Translations under genes and position numbers: made by a program | Origin: Macrostomum hystrix | Taxonomy: Eukaryota; Animalia; Platyhelminthes | Reading direction: 5' to 3' | Assembly (NCBI GenBank): GCA_950097015.1 | Contig: CATNEN010000013.1 | Location: 186,001 to 250,000 of the forward strand | Length of the DNA stretch: 64,000 nt | Shown here: positions 47,505 through 59,579 of the stretch, in pieces | Position numbering within the stretch: the stretch's first letter is position 1 | Layout: every line of letters begins with the position of its first letter | Notes under the pieces: generated by a model | The model's database searches: none | Seen by the model: only the letters and a program-made list of their open reading frames with translations | What the model was told of the DNA's origin: nothing

Positions 47505-48550
47505 AGTCAATTTAGGTCAATTTGGTTCAGGTCATTTTAGGTCAATTTCGGTAGCTCGGGTGGGTATGTTTGGGTGGGTCAGTTTAGGTCAGTTTGGGTT
47601 AGTTTGGGTCAGTTTGGGTCAGTTTGTGTCAGTTTAGGTCAATTTTGGTCAGTTTGGGTCAGTTTCGGTTAGTTTGGGTCAGTTTAGGTCAGTTTAGGTT
47701 AGTTTAGGTCAGTTTAGGTCAGTTTGGGTCAGTTTGGGTCAGTTTAGGTCAGTTTAGGTCAATTTGGATTATTTTGTGTCAATTCAGTTCAGCTTGCGTT
47801 AGTTTGGGTCAGTTTAGGTCAGTTTGGGTCAGTTTGGGTCAGTTTGGGTCAGTTTAGGTCAGTTTAGGTCAATTTGGGTCAGTTTGGGTCAGTTTGGGTT
47901 AGTTTGGGTCATTTTGGGTCACTTTGGGTCAGTTTGGGTCAGTTTGGGTCAGTTTGGGTCAGTTTAGGTCAGTTTAGGTCAATTTGGGTCAGTTTGGGTC
48001 AGTTTGGGTTAGTTTGGGTCATTTTGGGTCACTTTGGGTCAGTTTGGGTTATTTTGGGTCAGTTTGGGTCAGTTTGGGTCAGTTTGGGTCAGTTTGGATC
48101 AGTTTGGGTCAGATTAGGTCAGTTTGGGTCAGTTTGGGTCAGTTTGGGTTAGTTTGGGTCAGTTTGGGTTAGCTTGTGTCAGTTTAGGTCAGTTTAGGTT
48201 AGTTTAGGCCAGTTTAGGTCAGTTTAGGTAATTTTAGGTTAGTTTAGGTCAGTCTGGGTCAGTTTGGGTCAGTTTCGGTCAGTTTGGGTCAGTTTGGGTC
48301 AGTTTGGGTCAGTTTGGGTCAGTTTAGGTCAGTTTGGGTCAGTTTGGGTCAGTTTGGGTTATTTTGTGTCAGTTCAGTTCAGTTTGGGTTATTTTGGGTC
48401 AGTTTAGGTCTGTTTAGTTCAGTTTGGGTCAGTTTGGGTCAGTTTGGGTTAGTTTATTTATAAATTAATATATATGGGTTTGGGTTTATTTGGGTCAGTT
48501 TGTGTCAGTTTGGGGTCAGTTTCGGGGTCAGTTTTGGTCTACTTGGGTCA
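47505..48550. repeat. 10-bp minisatellite, about 100 copies
   Basis: Unit AGTTTGGGTC / AGTTTAGGTC. Confidence 0.96.
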
Positions 48551-48583
48551 GTATTCAATAAGTTGCCTAATTTTGTCTCACAG

Positions 48584-48748
48584 CTTCGACGAAAACGCGG
48601 GCCACCGGCCAGACGGGCAGCCGGTGGGCAGCGGCCTGGTGCTTCAGCATTTGCCGCACCAGCGTCGCGAGTCCTTCCTCTACCGATCTGACTCCGACTT
48701 CGACGTGTCACCGAGGGCGTCGAGAAACTCCTCGCTAACAAGCGATTT
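48584..48748 (+). CDS. PDE4: PDE4 common exon, UCR1 N-part
   Basis: Acceptor CTCACAG|C (phase 2); FDENAG...[29 protein letters not shown] is the PDE4 UCR1 signature with the PKA site RRES; donor TT|GTGAGT. Confidence 0.95.
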
Positions 48749-48814
48749 GTGAGTGAACTGTTGCAGTATCATTTTTAATTGTTAAATAAAATCTAGAAAT
48801 TACCCTGGTAAGTA

Positions 48815-50134
48815 GCAAGCAGCTGATCCACTGATGTACATGAAGGAGAGGGCAAGCAGCTGATCCACTGATGTACATGAAGGAGAGGGCAAGCAGCTGA
48901 TCCACTGATGTACATGAGGGAGAAGGCAAACATCTGATCCACTGATGAGGGAGAGGGCAAACATCTGATCCACTGATGAGGGAGAGGGCAAACATCTGAT
49001 CCACTGATGAGGGAGAGGGCAAACATCTGATCCACTGATGTACATGAAGGAGAGGGCAAGCAGCTGATCCACTGATGAACATGAAGGAGAGGGCAAGCAG
49101 CTGATCCACTGATGTACATGAAGGAGAGGGCAAGCAGCTGATCCACTGATGTACATGAGGAGAGGGCAAGCAGCTGATCCACTGATGTACATGAAGGAGA
49201 AGGCAAGCAGCTGATCCACTGATGTACATGAAGGAGAGGGCAAGCAGCTGATCCACTGATGTACATGAAGGAGAGGGCAAGCAGCTGATCCACTGATGTA
49301 CATGAAGGAGAGGGCAAGCAGCTGATCCACTGATGTACATAAAGGAGAGGGCAAGCAGCTGATCCACTGATGTACATGAGGGAGAGGGCAAACATCTGAT
49401 CCACTGATGTACATGAGGGAGAGGGCAAACATCTGATCCACTGATGAGGGAGAGGGCAAACATCTGATCCACTGATGTACATAAAGGAGAGGGCAAGCAG
49501 CTGATCCACTGATGTACATGAGGGAGAGGGCAAACATCTGATCCACTGATGTACATGAGGGAGAGGGGAAACATCTGATCCACTGATGTACATGAGGGAG
49601 AGGGCAAGCAGCTGATCCACTGATGTACATGAAGGCGAGGGCAAGCAGCTGATCCACTGATGTACATGAAGGAGAGGGCAAGCAGCTGATCCACTGATGT
49701 ACATGAAGGCGAGGGCAAGCAGCTGATCCACTGATGTACATGAAGGCGAGGGCAAGCAGCTGATCCACTGATGTACATGAAGGCGAGGGCAAGCAGCTGA
49801 TCCACTGATGTACATGAGGGAGAGGGCAAACAGCTGATCCACTGATGTACATGAAGGCGAGGGCAAGCAGCTGATCCACTGATGTACATGAAGGCGAGGG
49901 CAAGCAGCTGATCCACTGATGTACATGAAGGCGAGGGCAAGCAGCTGATCCACTGATGTACATGAGGGAGAGGGCAAACAGCTGATCCACTGATGTACAT
50001 GAAGGCGAGGGCAAGCAGCTGATCCACTGATGTACATGAGGGAGAGGGCAAACAGCTGATCCACTGATGTACATGAGGGAGAGGGCAAACAGCTGATCCA
50101 CTGATGTACATGAGGGAGAGGGCAAACAGCTGAT
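48815..50134. repeat. 37-bp minisatellite, about 36 copies
   Basis: Unit GCAAGCAGCTGATCCACTGATGTACATGAAGGAGAGG; explains the three long minus-strand ORFs. Confidence 0.97.
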
Positions 50135-52977
50135 GGTGTGACAAAATCATGAAACAATCGCTTTATTGACAAAGCCAGAGAACCATCCGTCTTTAAGTCG
50201 CTGCCGTTGGATCCAATTTATTTCCATTTTCCATTTATTTTATTGCCGCTGCTCCTATTACTACTTCTAAGTAGTATTCCACAGCTATTAAGAGCGGGAA
50301 AAAGCAAGTTGTTTCGAAAATTGGTTAAAAGCAGTTTATTTTAAGCTTTGTCTTTAGCGCGGCGGCCTTCTGTCCCTAATTTTTGAATACACAGTTTCGC
50401 CATGAAAAGGAAGCCGCGCTCTGCGTTGTTGATTGTTTTTTTTAAGTAAAAGCAATGCCTTCAATGCACAGATGGATTGGGGAGGCCAGAGGAAGGGGAC
50501 AGCCGCGGCAGGAGGCGCAATAGTAAATCAAAGATTTTCTAAGAACCGCCTAGAATTTGCGTCATCGGAACAAAAGCGCAGCAGGCAAGGGCTAATTCCA
50601 ATGCAATGCAATCCGTGGCGATTAAATTTATAGCCACGCCAACTGGCTATAGGAGACAACACCAAACTGATGTGCACAAGTCCACAAGCCTACTAAGGTC
50701 CTTCATCCCATTGACTAGAATTTTCCTCTTTCTTCTTTTCTCTGTGTCGCCCCACATTTTGGGATGAAGTAGGGAGATCGAAAGAGCCAGTCAGAAATAG
50801 AAGAAGGACCTCGTTAATTTTCAGAATCCCCTCAGAATTGCAGGACGTTCGATTCACTCCCTTGTCTGTCCTCCCATCCTCTCCTACCTCCATGAACGCA
50901 ACCCCCATCGCCAGATCCCTAACATGTTATGCACTTTGAATTTCGACAAATGTTTTTCTGTCTGAGGATAAGCCTAAGGTATACAGAATAAATTAATACG
51001 CACTTAGTAACGAGTTTTTCAACAGAGAAATGGTTGAAAATGTAATCTTCTTCCTGTTACATCCGGTTCTGCCCCCGGACCACCTTTCCGGCACTGCCCT
51101 GTAGCAGAATCAGAATGCCAATTTCTACGTCATTGCTATAGAGGAGAGAGAGAGAGGCAGTGGGGAGCATCAAATGCTGGCACTGGGGGTAGGAGTTGCA
51201 GAAGTTGCGAAGGAATCCAATTTCTAGATTCTAGTCGAGTCTCCCCACCATCTCCCGGGGTCTCTACCATCCCCCACCTCCCTCCTCTCTCCGCTCTCTC
51301 TGGCTCGCTCTCGCGCACTAATTAGGTCGATTCCTACAAACCTGGCCGTAGCAGCTGCGCGAGCAGAGGCCGGCGGTGGCGGCGTCGGCGCAAGATTTAT
51401 GACCAGACCCCCTCCTCCTGCCCGGCGCCCTTCGCGCCTCTCCTAGGCGAGCAACTAACGGAGCCGCCCCGGCTTAACGGCCAAGGATGTCAAACTGAAC
51501 AGACCGAAAGTTTTTTTTGAAAAGAGACTTTCCTCCACGCCCGGTTGCGCCAGGCCTTCTCTGCGGGATCGATAAAGAAGAGAAATAGGAGAGACGATGA
51601 AGAAGAAGAGTTAGAAGTGAAGTGCAATTATCGGCGACTAGTCGCTTTAGTATTGAGCTCGAATATAATACCATTGCTAGCTGCGTTGGCAGGGCAGCTG
51701 AGTCTCTGAGAAGCCATCAGAAATTCAATCGAACAAAACCAGAAAACGGACACTGCTACTCGGCTCTTCTGCTGGTGTTGCTTCTTTTCATTAAAACAGA
51801 CAAGCGCGCTCGCTCTGGGGAAGTGAAATGGGCGCCATTTCAGATGAGGGGTGACTAGCCGGATATTGCTGCGGAGAGGCTTATTAAAAATTCTGTGAGA
51901 CTAGATTGCTGACTCCTAATCAGCATGATGAGCCTTAATCCAGTTGCACTCAGATTTCACTTGCTGATGATGAGAAGGCGGTGGCGGCATGACAAGGGGT
52001 GGGCTGGTTGCTAGGGTGTTGCGGCGGAGGCTCCCCAGGGTGGACTTCTTCCGGACCAGGTGGAAAAGTGGCAGCGGAGTCGTCGAATGGGAGAGCTGGA
52101 AATTAAAGAAGTGGAAACACACAGAGAGAGACGGGCATGTTTTTTGATCGGACCCTGCATGCAGTCACCTTGCGCCTCATCCCGATCCGCACCTAGATCT
52201 CTCTCTGCTCCTCCCCCCCTTGCCACAGATGTGCTTCCTCAGCCGTCTCGCCGGCACCTTATTCCTCACTCGGTCAGGCCGGGGTGGGGATCGGTGAATC
52301 TGTACAGACTGGAGGGGAATTGGGCCTTAGACAAGCCATTAAGTGTGGGCCATTGCAGAGTCCTTCTACCCCCGCTCCCCACCCCACAACCGTAGCCCCA
52401 CGAACCTATCAGGCGCTTTCCAATTGATTTCTGCAACGTCAGAAGCCCGCCAACCACCCCGCTCCTTCACACACGCCGGCGCGCACTCCACTCACCCCCA
52501 GATCCTTAGGAGCCTCTCGCCCACTCGCTCTGCTTTGGAAGGCCGGCTTTTGTGGGGGTGGAGAAGAAGGAGGAGAACAGAAAGAGACGGACTGGGGGGT
52601 AGGAGGGGCGGAAGCGGGTCTTTTCTGCGCTCCCCGCCCCCCTCGCCAGCTGCCCTACCCCAAACCACCCATAGACCGGCCTCCAGAGGAGAGGGGAGAG
52701 AGGAAAAGGGGAAAAGAGAAGGGTGGGATAACGGACTAGCAGTTGGTTGGAGGTCCTCGCCTTTACAATAACTATTCTCATCTAGCACAGACTGGCATAG
52801 AGACAGGTTTGACAGCAGTGAAAAAGCCGGCGAGAGAGTCAGAAAGCGGGGTGGGCAATTCTGAGCTCCTGCTCGAGCCCCGCCAGCTCTCGTAATTAGA
52901 CGGCCTCACTCACTCACCTGTGGCCGGCGCCACCTCTGGCCACCGCGAGGCCGGTCCAAACCCTTTAGCCAGCCGGC

Positions 52978-53303
52978 ATGCCGAGACGCTGCCTGCTGCC
53001 GCTGTGCTGCTGCTGCGGCCTCTGCTGCAGCCAGCCTCGCCGAACTTCTCGACGCAAAGACGGCAGCCTCGGCAGCGCCGGCGCCGGCGGCAACGGCAGG
53101 AAAGGCTCAGCGACGTCCGGCGCCTCCGTCAGCTCGTCGGCGGCTGCGGCGGCCAACAGAAAGGCGGAGGAGGCTGGCACGGGGTTGCCGGTGCTTCCGC
53201 TGCTGCCGCCACAATCTTCGTCGGACGAGTCCGGCTCAGAGGAAGAGGAGGACGTCCTGCCGGACTTGCCAAACACTGGCAGTTTCCAGCGGCAGCAAAA
53301 GGC

Positions 53304-53353
<50 letters not shown>

Positions 53354-53411
53354 TGCCGCAGCCGCGAACAACATTAGCAGCATCACGACGCGGCTCTTTG
53401 TACATTTTCAG
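52978..53411 (+). CDS. PDE4: PDE4 alternative N-terminus I: in-frame 5' extension of the second UCR1 exon
   Basis: ATG at 52978 open through MPRRCLLPLCCCCGLCC...polyQ...RRGSLYIFR directly into HSDEIIVTPFAQVL. Confidence 0.68.
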
Positions 53412-53528
53412 ACACTCGGACGAGATCATTGTGACGCCCTTCGCCCAGGTGCTTCACACACTTCGCTCCGTCCACGACAACGTGAAGACCCTGACAGGGG
53501 CCGACCAAATGCCGAATCACAGGGACAG
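53412..53528 (+). CDS. PDE4: PDE4 common exon, UCR1 C-part
   Basis: Acceptor TTTTCAG|A; L-HSDEIIVTPFAQVLHTLRSVHDN matches PDE4 HGDDLIVTPFAQVL; donor AG|GTGAGC. Confidence 0.94.
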
Positions 53529-55888
53529 GTGAGCTATACGATGCAAATAATATTATTTGCTTTGGTATTTGATTGACTCAAAATTGGCTTGAAACCAGCC
53601 TTGAATGTTAGATTGGCCAACATTTTTTCACCTAGTGCTATTTTTATAAATTTTTTGTGGATTCCCTTTTTAAGCCAACCTCAACCCAGGCACGTGACTA
53701 ACTCCAACCAATCAAATTCTTGCTAACTTTAAAATCGTGTTATCTATGATGGGGCCAAGGAAGCACACGCCATATTTGGCCTAGACAAACAAAAGTGCAT
53801 ATGAGTTCGTGTGTAAATTTAGAGAGACAATCAGTCAGAATATAATTGGATCTATTTATGGCCAACTGAGGGGTGGAGGCGCGCAATGCCTGTGAATTAT
53901 TGAATAAAAGCAAATAAAATAGAGAAATGAAGACATGGTGAGATATAATAAGAGCAGTAATATCAGTTCTCATGACATAGGTAACGGAATCCCCAAAGAT
54001 CTATAGTTCATACTGAATATTAGCTGCTGCTTTGCCAGCCCAGCTGCACTGGCTCACTGAAGCGTTCAAGAATTCAATTAGACGGTCAATCACTTCAAGA
54101 CGGTACGGTGGTAGAGACAAATCTATAGCGGTAGGAGGAGAGGAGCAGGGGGAGGGAGGGGGAGGCGGACAGGCCAAGGTGGGAAGAGACCGGCTGCGTA
54201 TAGCAATAGGAATGAGAGAGGAAGCCATACCATTTCTCCCTCTGCTCCCGGACAGCTAGTCTGCAGTATTCAAAGGTCGAGATTGTAAACAGCCTGCAGG
54301 CAGCAACCCCAACCGCACGAGTTGTCCACGACGATCTTTTGTGAGGTCGGGCTTCGAGCAGAAACACACGCACAAACATTTCTTTCTTCCACTTCTCAGA
54401 AATCTGCAGCCCTTCCCTTTTCGCCTCGCCTGTTGCTAACCGATTAGAATTTATGGGCAATTTAGCTCCCGTAAACAGTAGAGAGACGACAGGGGATTTT
54501 TCAAATACCTTTTTTCTATATCTCCTAAAATATTCAGCCAAAGTTTCTGCTCTATTCGATGAAACAACTGCAGTAGACATGGGGGGTAGCGCGGTCTTTT
54601 ATTTCACTCCCCAAATATCATAATTGCCTAACTTGGCTTCGCATAACTTCTTAATTGCATATTTCCTGAGAAAATTCTTATTTTTAACAGCAAAGGTGGG
54701 CAGGTAAAGCTCACCTAACAAGCCTGTTAGTGTTAGTTGTAATCTGGGAACTCCGATTGGACTATTTATAATTAATGTTGCCAAATTCCCTAGCTAGAGC
54801 AGGCCAATCTCACCATCTATACGTTCGCCCCCTCCCTTAGACTATGCGAGTATATTACGAGCTATAGGTGTGGGCCATTGCAGTGAGCCACTGGGTGCTA
54901 GCAGATGATTTATCCCTTATACGCCTCCCAGTCCCACTACTCCACTTTCTACTGCACTCGCTATCCTTTGCCCCCGCCTGTGCTCAGCCTCCCATTTCCA
55001 TCTTCTCCTCTTGTCTCTAGTCTCATTCGCCTTGACGCGATGGATGCAAATTGACTCTCTGACTGACTGCCTGGCCTGAGGGGACTCTCTTCTATAATTC
55101 CCTCTCTTCCTTTCCGCATTGCCTGGGCCTTCCATGCGGGAAGCCGGAGGAGAGAGGGCAGGGGACACTGCGCACTAATTGAGACGAAATTCGACAGCGC
55201 CGGGCGAGCGTGTGATTCGCTTCGTTTTCTCCCAAACCCAGACTGCTGCATCTTCTCCTTAGTCCTCCACCCTTGGGCTGCCTTCCCCCTCCCCGGAGCA
55301 CCTTGTGCAGCTACACTTTGCTGTCCTGAGTCCAGCTCGGCATTCGGGCAACTTCTGGGGCTAGTCTGGGGTGCGGCGCGTTGTGGGATTATCGGGAGCC
55401 TTTTTGGGCCGCGGAGGGAGGGTTGCAAGCCGAGTGGAGGGGAAGGAAGACGGGAGGCCCTCGCCCTTCAGCTGCACCTTCATCTCTCCCGCTCTCACTC
55501 TAAGGAAAGCTGCATAGTTGGCACAAAAATTAGTGACTTGGAATGCGGGAGAAATGTAGGGAGAAATGAGAGAGCGATAGTGAGGGGAGGAAAGAGTGTT
55601 GCCCTGTTCCTATTTCGCCTCTGCTTTCTTCCCCAACAAAAATCTGCCCCACACTAACCCGCCTAGCCCAGATGCACTTAACGCGAATTGGTTGGGCCCT
55701 ACAACCTGAAAAGCGCTTTCTGGGTGCGCTGATAGGTAAGCCCTGCCAGGTTAGGATTATGCAGATCGCACTGCCGAGCAGTGCCAATCCATTTTACCCT
55801 GAGCTCTCCAGCTGACTCAATCGCGCAATGTTCCGTTATAATGATTTTCTGCAACAACAACAATGGGGCAACTTTGCTTTGCCTTGAA

Positions 55889-56048
55889 TTCAGTGTCCTG
55901 CGCAGCTGGTGCTGTGGACATTCAGTGTCCTACGCAGCTGGTGCTGTGGACATTCAGTGTCCTACGCAGCTGGTGCTGTGGACATTCAGTGTCCTACGCA
56001 GCTGGTGCTGTGGACATTCAGTGTCCTACGCAGCTGGTGCTGTGGACA
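55889..56048. repeat. 32-bp minisatellite, 5 copies
   Basis: Unit CAGTGTCCTACGCAGCTGGTGCTGTGGACATT. Confidence 0.92.
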
Positions 56049-56724
56049 TAGTCAAAGAATAACAAAATTAGGTTTCGGAAATATTAACACTAGAAAAAAG
56101 ACAACTCGTGTAGCTCTGAAAAATTAAAATTAAAAGTATGCTTTTATTTCTAAGAATAAAGTCCGATAAGATTTTAAGAAAAAAAAGAAATGCTATTAGA
56201 TTTCTTTGAAAAATTTCCGAGATCTTGTCCTATTTCTAAGAAAGGTGTACTGATATATTTTCAGAATTCTAAGAAACTTTTTTGAAATCGCAACACATTT
56301 CTTAGAAAAGCTTTTTGAACCTTACCTAATTTCTAAGAAAGTCTCTCTGGAATAGTTGATTTCGCATCTTAATAAAGACTTTCAAAAATCTCACTGAAAT
56401 ATAAGACAGACTAATCTTTGGTCAAATTCTCAACGGAGTTATATAATGAAGATTCAAGACTTTACCTGGCATTTTTATACGAATTGAAATAGCCGAACAT
56501 AAAAACACGTCTTAAAACTCACTTTAGCTGGTAACTAGCAAGTTTTGCCCCCCTTCGGGGAGCAGAAATACTTTTAATTCGTCTAGTATATACTTTTTAG
56601 CAGCTGAATTTACAGCTTTTTAAAGCTACAATGAACCACCAGTTGACAATGATCCCCCAGTTGATGATGATCCCCCAGTTGATGATGATCCCACAGTTGT
56701 CATTTCATTTCATTTTAATTTCAG

Positions 56725-56765
56725 CGGACCAGCACAAGCTAGCTCCTTATCGTCTCCGAGCGCTG
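56725..56765 (+). CDS. PDE4: PDE4 41-nt linker (LR1) microexon
   Basis: TTTCAG|C...G|GTAAG; S-GPAQASSLSSPSA; converts phase 2 to phase 1 exactly as needed between 53528 and 57141. Confidence 0.8.
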
Positions 56766-56874
56766 GTAAGCGAATCGATATAAATTAATACGAGAAATAT
56801 TATCTGTCGAATGTAATTGAATTTCACTGACACCTCATTTAACGACTGTTGACCCCAAGGCCAATCAGGACACA

Positions 56875-57020
56875 ATACCGCATATTCCCCTGACTCACAC
56901 CGCGTGTGTACATCTGCCGTGACTTTCTCATATCGTCAAGGCAGTGTACGCTCTCACTTTAGAAGTCGGTTTTCATTGGTGTACTTTTACACGACAAGTC
57001 CATAAGCCTCCTCTCCGTGG
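56875..57020 (-). mobile_element. Degenerate SINE family A fragment
   Basis: GTGTGTACATCTGCC...GACTTTCTC...GGCAGTGTAC...CGACAAGTCCATAAGCC. Confidence 0.65.
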
Positions 57021-57140
57021 CCTCGCCGCGGGTTCTCTATCTGATAGTCCTTTACTCTTACAATGTCTATGGCCAAAATGATCGCCCCAATCACTTGTCT
57101 AATTTAATCGTGACTTGACCTTTGAACAACCTCTACTCAG

Positions 57141-57256
57141 CTGATGAAGACTTCACTCAGCTAGCCGATAAGACGCTGAAGGACCTGGAATGGTGCCTGG
57201 AACAACTAGAGACGATTCAGACGCACCGATCTGTCGCAGACATGGCGTCCAGCAAG
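57141..57256 (+). CDS. PDE4: PDE4 UCR2 exon 1
   Basis: DEDFTQLADKTLKDLEWCLEQLETIQTHRSVADMASSK matches UCR2; donor AAG|GTAAAA. Confidence 0.93.
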
Positions 57257-57340
57257 GTAAAATACTGGAGTTTAAGGGACTATGTCTGCACTCTTTCCTA
57301 GAAGAAAAAATACAAAAAGCTGTCGCCATGCGCATTTTAG

Positions 57341-57452
57341 TTCAAAAAACTGCTCAACATGGAACTGGAACGAATGAGCGGCGGCGGACAAGGCGGAGCT
57401 GCAGCTTCCACGGCTAATCAAATCGAAAACTACATCAAGTCAACCTTTCTGG
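57341..57452 (+). CDS. PDE4: PDE4 UCR2 exon 2
   Basis: Acceptor TTTTAG|; FKKLLNMELERMS...NQIENYIKSTFL matches FKRMLNREL...NQVSEYISNTFL; preceded by an 84-nt intron. Confidence 0.9.
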
Positions 57453-57545
57453 GTTTGCCCTGGTTCTAATGATCGATTAGTGATTACAATGATTTTAAAA
57501 GCAATGCATTTAACTTGCATTGTCTCCATCACTGGAATCTTTCAG

Positions 57546-57955
57546 AGACCGACGATGACACTGCTGTGACGCAGGTAGGGAAATCTAGCAGCTCAGCTGG
57601 TACCGGAGCCTCAGGAAGCGGTGGTGGCGGCAGCAGCGTCAGCGCAAGAGACGTCAGCGAAGGCTCAGCGGCCGAAGGTCGTTCGCCTCGTGAAGCGAAC
57701 GGCGCCCAGGCGACGATGACAAAGGTACAGGTGAAGTCGGCTAGGGCGTCATCACACCTGTCTGGCGAGGCTGGGGCGGCCGCCGATGCCGCTGACGCCC
57801 AGCTGCCGCCGAGAATCGGCGTGGAGACGCCGCACTCTGTCGAGCTCATTCAGCTGTTTGACACGGGCCTAGACAAGTGGGGCATCGACATATTCAAGGT
57901 CACCGAGCTGTCAGCGAACAAGCCGCTCACCGCAATTGTCTACGCAATCTTTGAG
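57546..57955 (+). CDS. PDE4: PDE4 LR2 linker and start of the catalytic domain
   Basis: Acceptor TTCAG|AG; ...LPPRIGVETP...LDKWGIDIFKV...PLTAIVYAIFE; donor GAG|GTGAGA. Confidence 0.9.
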
Positions 57956-58519
57956 GTGAGAGAATTTGATCCTTTAAAGAGCGAGATAGACTATAGACTA
58001 AAGGCGTAGCCAGGGGCGCAAACAAAGGCCGTGTACAGCTGTATGTGCGTACACCCACCTAATTATTTTATTAATTAGTTAATATTCACAAGAGGGCTAT
58101 GCGCACTGGCACATCATTTGGAGGCCCATAGTTAGAATGCAAAAACACAATAAGCATTCTCCTTTCGGGAGCGAAGTGATATCAGTCACAATTTTAATTT
58201 TCTCTTTAAATTTCAATATTTCATTTTTTGTTTTAATGCCTTTGTTTTTTTTCAAATATTAGTTTTTTTCAAAGATTTCTTCACCTTAAATGAATCTTCT
58301 GCATGCTACTGTTTTTTTATCGCCTTCTTTTTTTAAATCGAATTGTTCTGCATCGAACATAAAATAAACAAAAAAAATCAGCACCCAATCGGCGTGCGCA
58401 CCTCAATAATAAAAAAAATAAAAATATAATGATAATAAATATAATAATAATATAATAATAATAATTAAAAAATAATAATAACAATGGTAAATTCTGCCAA
58501 GTCAATTCTGCCCATGACT

Positions 58520-58715
58520 CGAGAGATCATGTGTACACAAACGCTGTACGCGGCACACTCTCGCTGTACCTTGGAGGGTGACCCTCAAGGGCGTAAATTG
58601 CGCGACAAGCCCCCAAGCCTTCTCTCCGCGGCTGGACCCTAGACGAATGTGACCTCGCCGAGGAATCGACCACTAGGACATTGTTGCGAGAGGCAAATGC
58701 CATAGACCGCTCTGC
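58520..58715 (-). mobile_element. SINE family A, 5' half
   Basis: GCGCGACAAGCCCCCAAGCCTTCTCTCCGCGGCTG...CCTCGCCGAGGAATCGA...GCGAGAGGCAAA. Confidence 0.78.
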
Positions 58716-58734
58716 TGCTTAAAAAACGCAAAGT

Positions 58735-58885
58735 TCCCCAGCTGATGCTGGTACCTGTTTTATCGCTGGGCGAACGAAAGCCCTAAGGAAATAAGTGTGC
58801 TACTCTAGGAAAAAAATGCTTCCTTGGGCTGTGATTCGAACTCCCGACCTTTCATCCAGAAGTCCAAAGCTCTAGCCACTGGGCT
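58735..58885 (-). mobile_element. SINE family B, 5' part
   Basis: CCCCAGCTGATGCTGGTACC...ATTCGAACTCCCGACCTT...CTCTAGCCACTGGGCTGCA. Confidence 0.7.
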
Positions 58886-59579
58886 GCAATCAAGTTTGCT
58901 CGTTGATTTTCAGCACCCGACTGAGTATAGAGTGTAGATTATGACTTGGATTGCTAATCTATGCCATGGAGACTATTAAATAGAGTATTTATAGGGGATA
59001 AGGAAATATATTGTTAATCTGCTTCATGAACTTGATTTAAGGAATTAGCAGAGCCTTAGCAGATGGAGGAAAATAGAAAGTAATGTGAACTGATTTGAAA
59101 ACTTTAAAACTTCGATTCAAATCGAAACAACCAGCTAAAGTCGCGAATGAAGCTAGAAAAATAAGAGAGAAAGAACTCGGCTAGCACTCTTGCTGAGTTA
59201 ACTTCTCTTCTTTGCTTGAACTGTTTGAGCTGCTCCTACTAGGCGTTTTCCTCTAGAGGCAGAAAATCTAATAAGATCAGAGTCCTCTTCGGTTGCTAGG
59301 TCTCACTGGTCCATCCAGCTAGGTCTCGACATTTGAGTCTTGGTACAGTCGAATTGTGCATTCGCTTCAATGCTTGCTTGTCAGCGAGTCAGTGAGCACA
59401 CCTGCTCAGCGGATTATTCCAGCCGGGCTGGCAGGACTCAAACGAGCTGGACCACGATTTTTGTCCTCTAGATGTAAGGCCGGTGGCACCAGAAATTGCA
59501 ACCCTTTTTCGAGCATAATGAAGAGAACGTTCGTTTTTTTGAAGACGTGCAGAAAACTTTCGCCAGTTTCTGATTTTTA

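Noticed and set aside
48808-48813. Perfect GTAAGT donor 59 nt downstream of the UCR1 donor
   Set aside because: Using it would include an in-frame TGA at 48750-48752; no support for a coding isoform.
48735-50172. Three overlapping 441-471-aa minus-strand ORFs
   Set aside because: All are translations of a stop-free 37-bp repeat rotating through the frames; not a gene.
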